Positions 26,054-37,800 of a DNA stretch of 64,000 nt are shown here, one piece after another. The notes under the pieces are model-generated. The model was not told where the DNA came from, ran no database searches, and worked only from the letters and a program-made list of their open reading frames with translations. Source of the stretch: Vicugna vicugna (Eukaryota); the NCBI GenBank assembly GCA_013265495.1, contig MU058531.1:1674911-1738910 (forward strand), written 5' to 3'. Position 1 is the stretch's first letter. Every line of letters starts with the position of its first letter. Position numbers and translations under genes: made by a program.

Positions 26054-26498
26054 TGTGGTAGATGCTGCAATGTGCTGCCCAGATGCCAGTCCAGAACTGG
26101 AGGACTTGTTCCCCCAACCACTAGAAGTGCTTCAGGAAGACAGCCTTTAGCTCTCAGCCCTCGTTGGGGACTGCTTTGCCTGAAGAAAAGAAAAACACTG
26201 ACCCGAGATCATACCCTCCTCCAACAGTAGCTCATCCAATGGCTGATCAAGTAGGAGGTATAAGTGTCTGTTCCCCTTGCCCAAATTTGGGACAATTTTG
26301 AAGGGCCATCTGAGATCCAGAGTTTGTCATCAGGATGGTTGATTGGGACTGCATCTCAGTTCAATTCCTCCCTCTGTCCTGTTGTGCTTCCTTCTCCTCC
26401 CTTCCACAAGTACTGATCCCAAGACGGTTCCTTAGTAAACATCCTACACACTAGTCTCCACTTCAGAGTCAGCTTCCCAAAGAACACAAGCTGTGACA
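26054..26498 (+). mobile_element. ERVL-class LTR (LTR16-like)
   Basis: 'tgtggtagatgctgc...cccagat' start and 'ctccacttcagagtcagcttccc...tgtgaca' end. Confidence 0.7.
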
Positions 26499-27044
26499 TG
26501 AACATTAATGTGTGTGTGTTAACCTTTGTTAACATATTTTTCCTTTTGCTAACTTCTATTTTTCCAAACTTTCAAAAACAAACATCTTGTGAAAAGGAAA
26601 ACTTACAAACATTTTTTAACAGAATAAGATGGGAATGTATTTCTGTCTAAATGTGTTACTTTAGCAATAACACAACATGCCAAAATTTCTGTCATGAACA
26701 TAAAATAGCTGAAAGTGCCATGGAAATTGAAATGCCAAAATACCATCCCTGTTTATCTAGAGGAATTCAAAGGAATAAAAAATGAAAAGTAAACAGGCAT
26801 ATAATCAGTTCCCATTGGGTAGCAAGTGAAATGCCAAGCCAAAGCTTTCCCACTGAATCATTCTGCAGTTGCTGTCTCCTTCCCAAGCTCCTGCAACACG
26901 ACCCTTGAGCAGAGGTCAGTTAGTAACCCTTTTTCATTCCCTCACAACTTGTGCATTTAACCCACTTGCCCACTCTGCCACGCTCTTGTGAGCTTTCAGC
27001 CCTACACGTATGTACGTTTGACAATTATCTCACAACTGGCTCTG

Positions 27045-29081
27045 TGTATTCAGTTCCTCGGGCTGCTGTAACTGAGTACCACAAACTGAAAGGCCTCTAA
27101 TAACAGAAATTAAACCCCTTGAAATTCTGGAAGCCGGAAGTCTGAAATCCATGTGTTGGCAGGGCCATGCTTTCTTGGAAACACTCTATGGAGGAGACTT
27201 CCTTGCCTCTTCTAGCTACAGGTGGTGGCCAGCAATCCTAACATGATCTTTTTCTGTCTGTGTCTGTGTGGCCTCATCTTTTCTTGTAAGGACTCCAGTG
27301 ATCATATTTAGAGCCCATCCTAATCCAATATGACCTCAACTTAATTACATGGGCAAAGGCCCTATTTCCAGTAAGGTCACATTCTGAGGTTCAAATTGGA
27401 CACAATTTTAGAGGGGACACTAATCAATTCAGTACAGTCTGCCATCTGGCTCCTCCATCCCGTGTGCAAAATGTATTTATCCATCCCCAAATCCCCCAAA
27501 GTCTTAACCCATTCCAGCATTAAATCTAGATCCAAAGTATTGTCACCTCAGAAAAAAAATTCCCAATTCTGTCATATAAATCATTTAAATCAGATATGGG
27601 TGGAACTCTGGATATGGTCCATCGTGGAGCAAAGTTCTTCTCTATCCACAGGCCTGTGAAACTAGTAAACAAACTGTCTGCTTCCAAAATACAATGATGA
27701 GACAGGCATGGGATAGACATTCCCATTCTTAAACTGGAAAAAAAAAGGGGGAAGGGGGAGTAAAGAGATTACCTCTCTAAAGCAGTTCACCTCCCAAAAA
27801 GGCAAATTCTATCAGGTTTCAAGGCTTAAGAGTAATCTTTTGTGGTTTGATGCTCTGCCCTCTCAACCCTCCGAGGTTGACAGCTCCCCCCTCTCTGGCC
27901 TCTGCATTCATGGCTCAGCCCTGAGTCATTCTTTCTCCATTTCATCCCATCTCTGTCCCCTTACATCCAGTCAGCAGAGTTCTGCTGGGGTAAAATTCTA
28001 CAAAACCTCGTCAATCTTCTGTGGATGTCAAGAGGCTCCACATCATCAGGCACAAAGATTCCTGGATAACCTCATCTCTATTGCTGGCAGCTACTAAGAC
28101 GGCTGATTGGAGCCATAAATCACACACACCTGATCTCCATAGCAAACAGTTGTCCAGCCACACCCTTGGTGCTGTTTCCAGAGTGTGCTGAGTATGCCAA
28201 GAATTTTCCAATTCATCATTTGCAGGTTCCTTTTACCTTACCAGTGTATTTCTCAATTTCTCTCATTCTTCTCTTATTTTACTGTAAGTGAAAAGGAAAA
28301 ACCAGTCTGCACCTTCTACATGTTGCTTGAAAATCTATCCAAGTTCATCTCTTATAAATTCTATTTTCACTCAAAAGTAGAATGTAATTCAGCCAAATCT
28401 TCTGCTGCTTTGTAATGGTGATTACCTTTCCTCTAGTGTCCAATAACATGTTCCTTGTTTCTGTCTGGGACCTCACCAGGAGCACTTTATCATTCATATT
28501 TCTTGCACCATTCTGTTAGTGATGGTATGTGTATGGTCTAAGACAATAGAAACTTTCTCTACAGTTTACATCTTTCTGGATCCTCACCACAATTGCACTT
28601 AACTTCTATTTCCACCAACTATCTCTTAAAGGCAATCTAGGCCTTTTTCTATAAGGCACTTAAAAATTCTTTCAGCCTCTACCCACTACCCAATTCCAAC
28701 ATCACTTCCATATTTTTAGGTATTTGTTACAGCAGCACCCCACTTTCTAGTACCATAATCTGTTATTAATTTCCTAGGACTGCTATAACAAAGTACCACA
28801 AACTGGGTGTCTTGTAACAAAAAAAATTTATTCTCTCACAATTCTGGAGGCTAGAAGCCTGAAATCAAGGTGTTAGCAGGGCTGTGCTATCTCTGAAGAC
28901 TCTAGGGAAAGATCCTTCTTGCCTTTCTAGCTTCTGGTGGTTGCCTGCAATCTCTGGCATTCCTTGGCTTGTATATCCATCGTTCCGATCTGTGCCTCCA
29001 TCCTCACATGGTCACATTCTGAGATTCTAGGTGGATACGAATTTGGGGGCAAAGGGGAACAACAATATTCAGCCTGGTATA
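27045..29081 (-). mobile_element. Two-LTR MaLR element: LTR 27045-27436, internal region 27437-28760, LTR 28761-29081
   Basis: Two related MLT1 LTRs in the same orientation; internal region shows MaLR-int phrases ('taggtatttgttacagcagcaccccactttctagtacc'). Confidence 0.82.
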
Positions 29082-29379
29082 GTCTTTTTCTACACCTTCT
29101 TATTTCTGTTTTAACTCATATCCGAGTCTAAGCTGTTCACTTCCTTTTTAATGAAGGGAAGAATAAAGACTGGCAAGGGAAAATATCTTGCTTACGATTA
29201 AGAAAATTACTGTCGGATTCAATCCCACAGTTGCTTTAGTTATACGTATAAAACAACTCTGGAGTTATTTTGTGTGTGTGTATTTGTTTTGAGTATTTTT
29301 ATATTTGAGTATATTGAGTATATTTAAGCACCAGCTGGTTCTTCATCACCTTTTTAGATTCTGTTAGCTTATCTTCTAG

Positions 29380-31210
29380 TTAGGAGTTTTACATCTATGT
29401 TCATGATTGAAAACGACCTGTAATTTTCCTTTCTTGTCCTTACTTGCTTTGGTATCAAGGTTAAAATAGCTTCATTAAATGAGTTAGGGAGTGTTTCCTC
29501 TTTTTGTATTCTTTGGAAAAAGTTTGAATAATATTGGAATTATCTATTCTATGAAAGTTTGATAGAATTTGCCAAAACAACTCTCTGGATTCCATGTTTA
29601 CTTTGTGGGAAAGTTTTAAATTATTGATTGGTTTGACATTAGAAAATCCATAAACATAATTGATTACATGAATAGCTTAAAGAAGAAAAATGCATCTCAA
29701 TAGATGTAAGAAAAAAGCATTTGATAAAGTTCAACATCTAATTATGATTTTTTTAAAAAAACTCAACAAATAAGGAAGCATTTCATAAAAATTCAACATC
29801 TATTCACGATAACAATTCTTAGCAAAGTGCAAAGAGAAGGAAACTCTTTTACCTGGAAAAAGTCTAACTACCAAAATACTAACAAAAATAGCATTTTTAA
29901 AAACATCATTCTTAATAGTAAAAGGTTAAATGTCCTTTAAAAAACCAGAATAAGACAAGCATATCCAATATCAATACTTTTATTCCACATTACATTAGAG
30001 GTCTTAGCCAACTCAGTAAGACCTAAGGCCTAAGATGGGAAAAGGAGAAACTTTTTTCACGCACTCACATTCACAGATAATAAGACCATCTAGAAAACCT
30101 CCACAACAAATTATTATTATACAGTTTGGCAGAGTTCAGTAGTGTTAAATATATTCATATTATGCAACAGATCTCCAGAACTTTTTTATCTTGCAAAACT
30201 GTACCTCTAATACTCATTCAACAACTCATTTCTTCTTTTCCCCAGCCCCTGGTAAACACCACGTTACTCTCCTCTCCACTTCTGTCTACACTGGATACCT
30301 CATTTTATGGGCTGAATTGTGGGGGGGGCGCCCAAAATTCATATGCTGCAGCCTTAGAGTACCTCTAAATGTGATTGTATCTGGAGATAAGGAAATTAAG
30401 GTTAAAAGAGGTCATATGGATGGGCCCTAACCCAATCTGACTCATGTCTTTTTATAAAAAGAGGAAATTTGGACACATAGACACCAGGGATTCACATGAA
30501 CAGAGGAAAGGCAATGTGAGGATACAGTGAGAAAACGGCTTTCTGCAAGTCAAGGAGAGAGGCCTCAGAACAAATCAAATCTGCCACCACCTTGACCTTG
30601 GACTTCTAGCCTCAAAAACTGCTGAAAATAAATTTCTGTGGTTTAAGCTACCCACTCTGCAGTATTGTATTATGGCAGCCCTAACAAACTAATACACCTT
30701 ATAGAAGTGGAAACGTATAGTATTTGTCTTTCTGTGACTAGCTTATTTCACTTAGCACCATGTCCTCAAAGTTCATCCATGTTGTTGTATAGGACAGGTT
30801 TCCCTTTTTCAGGCTGAATAATGTTTTATTGTACGTATTCACCACATTTTGTTTATCCATTCATCTGTTCATGAACATTTGGGTTGCTTCCACCTCTGGG
30901 CTATTGTGAATAATGCTGCTATGAACATGAGTGTACAAATATCTCAAGACCCTGCTTTCAATTCTTTTGTACATATGCCCAAAAGTGGAATTACTAGATC
31001 ATACGGCAGTTCTATTTTAAATTTTTTCAGTAAATGCCATAGTTTTTCTCAGCAGTTGTACCATTTTTCAGTCCCACCAGAAATGCACAAGGGTTCCAAC
31101 TTTGCCACAAACTTACCAACACTTCTTATTTTCTCATTTTTTTAATAGTAGTCATCCTTATGAGTATGAAGTAATATCTCATAGTGGTTTTGATTTGTAT
31201 TTCTTTAATG
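29380..31210. mobile_element. L1 fragments of mixed orientation
   Basis: 29380-29640 (-) and 29640-30110 (+) ORF2 pieces; 30125-31210 (-) 3' end (ORF 30849-31145 is typical antisense L1 'HLGCFHLWAIVNNAAMNM'). Confidence 0.75.
30303..30696 (+). mobile_element. MaLR LTR (MLT1B-like) nested in L1
   Basis: 'tatgggctgaattgt...ttatggcagccctaacaaactaataca'; 5-bp TSD cctca / cctta. Confidence 0.85.
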
Positions 31211-33329
31211 AGAAATTTAGAAATTTAGTATTTTTTAAAATGTAGACTAAGGCCTCTTTGAGATACTATTCATACCCACTGTATTAGAAAAAAATAATTA
31301 GACAATACCAAGGGTTGATGAGGGCAGAGATTTTAAAAACTCCTGCACTCTGCTGATGTGCATGTATATTATAAACAATCTCTCTGAAAAATGATTTGGC
31401 TTTACCTTGTAAAGTGAACGTTCATTCCCTATGATTGAGTGACTCCACTGGGTAGTCCACTCCTGCAGTGATTTTTAAACCTTCTGTCACCACTCATTTG
31501 TGAGTTCTGTAATCCATTAACTGAGAGTCATAGTTATAAATACTGGAGAAGTGAATATTGTTTCATTATTTTGTGAAACCTTTGTTTTATATATATAATA
31601 CACATACATACGTGTGTGTGTGTGTGTGTGTATTTACTGTTGAAGACACCAAGTGCATTTCTTATGCCAGGTGCATATATTCTTATAAGTAGTGGTCAAA
31701 AAGTTTGAATGCCTCTCATTTTAAATACTTGCACATGTGCACCAGAAGAATGCATAAGAATGTTCATAGCACTATTGTTTATAACAAAAAACTGGAAACA
31801 AACCAAAGGCCAGTTGAATTGTAAATTTGTGGTATACTCACACAAGACAACTTTATAAAACAATGAAAATGAATGCATGAGTCTTACAAACGTCCCAAGT
31901 GAAAAAAGAGTTCAGACATATTTTTATAAAGCTCAAAAACAAAACTGAACAATATGTTGTTGAGGAATACACACATGGGAAAGGATTAATAAATACAAAT
32001 GAGTAAACAAGGAATAAAATTGGAAAATATATTTGTCAAGTGGATAAAATATGAAAGAAAAATGATAGATGCAATAGTATTGGTCTTGTTCTAGTTCTTG
32101 GGTGCATTCATGGATATCCATTTATTAATATACAACATAATTCAAATCTATACTTAATGTATTATTATGTACACATATAGTTACATAATTTGCATGTTTA
32201 TTAAAATGCTCTCCAAAGTGTACAACCTCTATCTTTTAGCACAACAGGGGGTAGACATTCCGAACAAAAACTGAATTTGCTGAAAAACAGGTTAAGACTG
32301 GGGTGCTGGAGAGGAGGAGGTGCGGAGTGGGGGATGGGAAGCTTGTCTACACGCCAAAGGTCAACACGTATAATTTTATGTAAGCATACCTTTCTTTTGA
32401 ACAGTTTCTTAAGACCAGGGTATAGAGTAGGGAATGATCAATAACAGCTGCATTACTACCTTAAGCGATAATTAATTATGTGCTTTTCTTGCTTTAACGG
32501 TAAGTAAAAATCCTCAACTCATTAAACTTTGTCAGCAATGTGTATACCCAGTATGTCCACACTTCAGGTAAGTCAGCATAATACTGATTTATGATGGGCC
32601 CTTCAGTTAGTCCTGAGTTAACACCCACGGAATGAGTAATTAATCTGAGCCATGTCTCTCAATTACTTAGAATTGGAACAAACTTTCATCACTTTCCTAG
32701 TTATCTTTAAATGGTCTTGGGGCAGCTCATCCAACCTTCCCATCAAGCAACTCATTCATTTCCAAAAAGTAGCTCACAAGAAACAACAAAGCAGCAGTTG
32801 TGGGGTAAGGGAAGACACGGGGGGGGGGGAATTCCCGAAGAGAAAGGGATTGTGGAAGTTGAAAAAATGGGTAAATTCCACATAAGAAGTCCAAAATAAT
32901 ATACAAGATAGGGGGAAATTTTTCAAGGGTTCTTTTCAGTTTAACAGCAATAAAGAAATTCAGATCAGGAAATCCACTCTTTAGAAATGACAATGAGCAA
33001 ACTCTTTCGACCTCAGGCAAACCCACCACAAAGATGGCGGTGGAATAAAGCCCCTTCTCCTCCCGCGGCCAGAGGTGCTCGCCTCACATTTCCCACAAAC
33101 CCCTCCGCGCTGCACTCGCCGAAACCGGCCCCGCCAGTCTATGACCACTGCGCATGCGCGGCAGGACGTCACGGGCGCTCCCAGGGCTCAGCGGAGCTGG
33201 CAGGAGGGGCCTTGCCAGCTTCCGCCGCCGCGTCGCTTCAGATCTCGAACGGCGGGTTTGCGGTGCCTCCGCCGCCGCGGGGCAGCTGGGGGTCGCGGGG
33301 CCGAGCGAGGGGCGCGCGGCGGCGCGGCC

Positions 33330-33353
33330 ATGGGACTGCGCCGAGCCTGGTGA
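33330..33353 (+). promoter_or_regulatory. uORF MGLRRAW* in the TNKS2 5' leader
   Basis: gcggccATGG (G at -3 and +4), ATG GGA CTG CGC CGA GCC TGG TGA; out of frame with the main ORF; ends 131 nt before the main ATG. Confidence 0.75.
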
Positions 33354-33484
33354 CAGCGGGGAGTCGTGCGGCCCGGGCCCTGAGCGCGTCTCCTCCGGGG
33401 GGCCTCGCCCTCCTGCTCGCGGGGCCGGGGCTCCTGCTGCCGTTGCTGGCGCTGCTGCTGGCGGCGGCGGCGGCGGCCAGGATC

Positions 33485-33683
33485 ATGTCGGGCCGCCGCT
33501 GCGCGGGCGGGGGCGCGGCCTGCGCGGGCGCGGCGGCCGAGGCCGTGGAGCCGGCGGCCCGCGAGCTGTTCGAGGCGTGCCGCAACGGGGACGTGGAGCG
33601 AGTCAAGAGGCTGGTGACACCCGAGAAGGTGAACAGCCGCGACACGGCGGGCAGGAAGTCCACCCCGCTCCACTTCGCCGCAG
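33485..33683 (+). CDS. TNKS2: Tankyrase-2 (PARP5b) coding exon 1 (199 nt)
   Basis: [67 protein letters not shown]; no HPS tract, so TNKS2 rather than TNKS; donor CAG|gtaacc. Confidence 0.97.
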
Positions 33684-33934
33684 GTAACCGGGGCCAGCGC
33701 CTCCTCGCCTCGTCCCAGACCCTACCTGTGCACCCGGGCTCGCAGGCCCGAAACCAGGCACGGTAGCCCCCAGCCCCCGGCCTTCCCCGCTAGGACTCCG
33801 GTCCCAACCATCTCGAGGTCGTCGAGTGGGGACTGGGGAGATTGGGGGTAGGGGATTAGCGGGCGAGCGTGCCACACTCACTGGAAGTTTTTTTTTTCCT
33901 TCTTCTTTGTTTTGTATCAACAATACCTGTACTG

Positions 33935-33943
33935 ACTTCCGGT
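33935..33943 (-). promoter_or_regulatory. ETS/GABP-type motif ACCGGAAGT
   Basis: acttccggt on the + strand at the 3' edge of the CpG island. Confidence 0.45.
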
Positions 33944-34662
33944 CTTACTACCTTAAAAGGCCTCTACACACAAGAAAGAGTAGGGGACGTGGTAGACCTT
34001 GTGATTTTAAAGGCCATTATCTCCGCAATCTATCGTTCTTGCGCTTTTCTCCGTAACTCGTATCAGTCCTTTGGGTTAAAGTCTTTTGTAAAATGCAAGG
34101 ATATAATGTAGGAGGAGGAGTTTAGCTGACCACTGACACGTTAACGTTAACAGGTTTATCAGGGTAGTCAGTCATTAGAAAGTTTCTGGAAAGTCTAGAA
34201 CAGTAACTAGCCTAGTTGGAGAGAACTGACATCTGACTTAGACTGGATGCGGGCAGGTAGTCTCTGCCAGGCACACACTAGTGGGGTGGAAAGTAGTAAA
34301 ATGAGAGGAAAAATGGTGCAGGTACTCAAGCTTGGATCTATTAAATTGGGACTAACCTCGCCGCATTCTGAGATTCGGATCGTTTGAATTACTTTCTTTT
34401 AATATTTACTAGATTCACTTTATGATATAAGCATATTAGATTTAATTGAAGAATTTAAAAACTAGAGATGAGACACAGGTTATTTCTATAAAGCATTTGT
34501 ACATTTTACTTCGATGAAAGGTAGTGACTGACGGTCGCTATCCTCAAGTGAGCCATGCGCGATTGAAAGTGGGAGTAGATTCTTGTATTTCCGATAATCC
34601 TGATTTTCTCATCTCGTGTGTTACTGATTGTTTAAAATAATTTTTCGCAAAAGCAGTTTTTT

Positions 34663-34877
34663 AACTATATATAAAATAAACAAGATCCTACCCTATAGCA
34701 CAGGGAACTATATTTAATATCTTGTAATAACCCTATGATGAAAAATAATAGGAAAAGGAATATATGTGTATATCTGAACCACCATGCTGTACACCGGAAA
34801 CTAATACAACAGGGTAAAGCGACTACACTTCAGCTTAAGAAATATATATTATCTATGGAAAAAGAAAAAAGAAAAGA
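34663..34877 (+). mobile_element. Artiodactyl-type L1 3' end in intron 1
   Basis: 'tatagcacagggaactatatttaatatcttgtaataacc'; A-rich tail; TSD-like aaaagcagtttttt / aaaagcagtgtttt. Confidence 0.85.
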
Positions 34878-37800
34878 AAAAGCAGTGTTTTAAAGCATTC
34901 TGGGTTTTTGGAGTAGGAATGATGAGCAGAGAAGGAGCATAAGAAAAATATCCTTGTTCACAGACATTGGTTTTACACTTTGTACCAACGGGAGTTTTTT
35001 TTTGTTTGTTTTTTGTTTTTTAACCTGTACCTGTTTTGAAATGTGACCACTACTGGGAGATACGCCCCTTTCTTGATCGATTACAAATTTGACTGGGGAG
35101 CCTTTTAAGCAAGAAGGTTTGAGACCTTTGGTGGAAGAACTAGAAACAGCTTGTGGGCAGCGGAAGGGGAAGGGAGAAAAATACTAAAGTCAGCTCTCCC
35201 TGTTAGTCTTCCTGCTGAAAATTTTTTTCATCAGTGCTGCCTTTCCTGAGCTAATTTGGATTGTTCCGTATGTCCATGTAGTCAATATTTAAACAACTGA
35301 TTTGGCAAACTGTCATAACTAAATGATACATAATCCAAGGGATAGTGTTACTTAGATTCTGTTCACTTGATCTGTGGGGTAAAAATAACCAAGGAAGATC
35401 TTAGTTGCTACCTTTCAAGAATTTGTTGTATTAATGAGTTCATATCTGAAAATAGTAATATTTACAGATTTAAGGTTATAGATTAGCTTCTTATTGTTCA
35501 TCCCAACCATCCCATCCTGAGTTCTGTCCCAACATTTCAAAATACTTTTTACGTAGATTTCACTTGATTTGTTCAGACGGAAATGGAAAACTTACTTTAG
35601 GAACCACCCCTCACAGTTTACCCAAACTATCAGGTACAGGTTATAAGATTAAGAATTTAAAGTATAAAAAGAAGTAATAAAATAAAAATTACTGATAGTC
35701 TACATTAAACCGGAGCTTTAAAGCCCTATATTTAAGCCCAGATATATAAGAAACTTTTTTTTAAATTTGCTTTGTAAATTCAACCTAAATTATTAATTAG
35801 ACTTATGAGAGAATCTGTTTTTAATTTTTAAACAAATACATCCAACTGCATTTTCTCTTAATGTGTGAATACATTTTATAAACTCTGTTGGTGGTAAGTT
35901 ATCAGTCATGTTGATGTGCAAATAGGCATGTCATTGGAAGCTCAGTGGAGGTGGTGGGATTGTGTGACTGCCTGTCCAAGCAGTTTCTTGTGTTTGTACC
36001 TTGTAAGCTACGGGAGAAAAATCTTTTTTTTCCCCTTTAACCAGTTAGTTTGGAGGTTTTATTGGTGGGGGATAGACATGGTTTTGCCTTTTTGTTTTGA
36101 CTTCGAAGGAACAGGAGGAATGTGAGGTCTGTGCAGACCAAGGAAAATTAACCAGGGTATAACAGTTTAGAAAAAACTTGGTCTGTCTTTTTATCTAAAA
36201 TATTTAATTCAATTAAAAGAATAATCTCTTGCCAGCCCTCGTAATCAACATAAACAGGAGCTTTTTTCATATTAGGTGCTTTTTGTTTTGAACTAGATTA
36301 CACTTCTTAGATAAGTATGCTTCTAAGAAGTCAATTCTTACGAGAAAAATTTTTTCCTCTTCAATCCCCCTGCCACCAACTCCTTACCCTCCTCACCACA
36401 TACAGGATCTGAATGATTTTTTTGTGACACATCACAAAACTTGTAGAGGCAAGTTGGTGGTAGGGAGGCTACAGCCCTAATTTTGCTAAAAGCAGTAGCA
36501 CCTGAAATTCTTGACAGTGTAATCCGCTAGAAAACAGCAGATTTCAGTAGAAGAGATTGTTTCTCTGAATTTATTTCTGAAAGATGAAGAGGGTCAGAAA
36601 CTTTGGGAGAGTCATCTTATCATCCAGTATAGTCAAAGAAAGACAGAAATAGCATTCTCTAGAATCTTAGAACTCAGGGGACAGAGGTGGGGAGAGTAGA
36701 ATTCCCTGGCTTGAGAATCTTAAATACTCTTTGGAGTATGCAGAGAGATATCATTCAGTAGAAAAAAGTATGTAAAATAATTTACTAGGTTCAAGAAATT
36801 CAGGTATAGAGATGGTGGATGTGTGTATGTAGTTGGAGAATGACAAGTTGAAAAGGCTTGCATTGTTCTAGCTAAAAAGGTAATGCTTGTTTTGTATTTG
36901 TATTATGTTACTGTCCTATATTTGTGGCATGCTACTCAGCCATGTACATTGGCCTGTCAGGCTTAACTTCGATTATTATATTCAACTGTGTGAATTGCAT
37001 ATAAGAGGGCTTTTTTTTTTTTTTGAAAGAAGGAAGTAGAATTAGAGCATCTGGAATTTATTATACAAACAAATGATATCAAAACTAGAGTTATTTATTC
37101 TAGAGATGAAAGAAAACCAAGGTCAATCAATGTTGTTGTCTTCATATATGTTGAAGATAGTCAAGTAGAAAAATAAGTATGACTGGGTGGCTGTGGCAGT
37201 CAAAACTAGGGCCAGTAGGTGAAAGATTACAAGGAGTCAGACTGCCTTTAACAATCTACTCAACTGAGGGCTTGACTGGAAGTCTCCAAACAGTGGCTGG
37301 ATTGGCACCTCTCAGAGATAGTGTGAAAGGACTTCTGTATAGGGTAGGCAGTTGGACCAATAGGTCAGAATCTGAGTTATGTAAGAAAGTGGAATGATTC
37401 CTTTAATTTAAGGGTTTGACAACTCAGCTACCAAAGATTTAGTTTTTGTGATTGCCATTGATAACTTTTACCAAAATGGTGCTATTTGAAGACCTTCAAT
37501 ACTGTTTCCAAAGCATTTCCTTCTTTTGGCTGTAGGCCAACATCATAAGTTTGAGAGATGCACAAAATGTAACCACATTTCTTACGTAGGACTAAAATTA
37601 TGGACTGTTGGGTCCAGGATTGGTTTTTGCTGTGGGGGAGAATTAAATTCTGCAAGAGTAGCAAACCCCACTATCAAATAAAAACAGTCTATTTATGATT
37701 TCAGATTTTTTTTTTTAGTTTATTTATCAGATCTCCCAGTATGTTATCAAGACTTGAGCTATACCTTTTTCCTCAGGTCTTGCTGGATTTAGAAGTAGGC

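Larger units (their letters stand above)
33020..33880. promoter_or_regulatory. CpG island / TATA-less promoter of TNKS2
   Basis: Abrupt GC- and CpG-rich block over exon 1, with YY1-like AAGATGGCGG (33031-33040), GC box (33129-33135), NRF1-like TGCGCATGCGCG (33149-33160) and CRE-like GGACGTCA (33164-33171). Confidence 0.92.

Noticed and set aside
333..32900. The many 60-100-aa ORFs in the upstream half
   Set aside because: They fall in L1, L2, LTR or SINE remnants or AT-rich spacer, and lack splice structure or recognisable protein similarity.
32987..33766. 259-aa ORF from ATG 32987 as the real TNKS2 start or a stand-alone protein
   Set aside because: The ATG lies upstream of the core promoter motifs and so probably outside the mRNA, and the last ~27 codons read through the exon 1 donor into intron 1. 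Only the part from 33347 is retained as a hypothesis.
33075..33923. Overlapping 92-177-aa ORFs on both strands of the CpG island
   Set aside because: Stop codons are scarce in GC-rich DNA; the products are low-complexity Arg/Gly/Ala/Pro strings with no recognisable domain.
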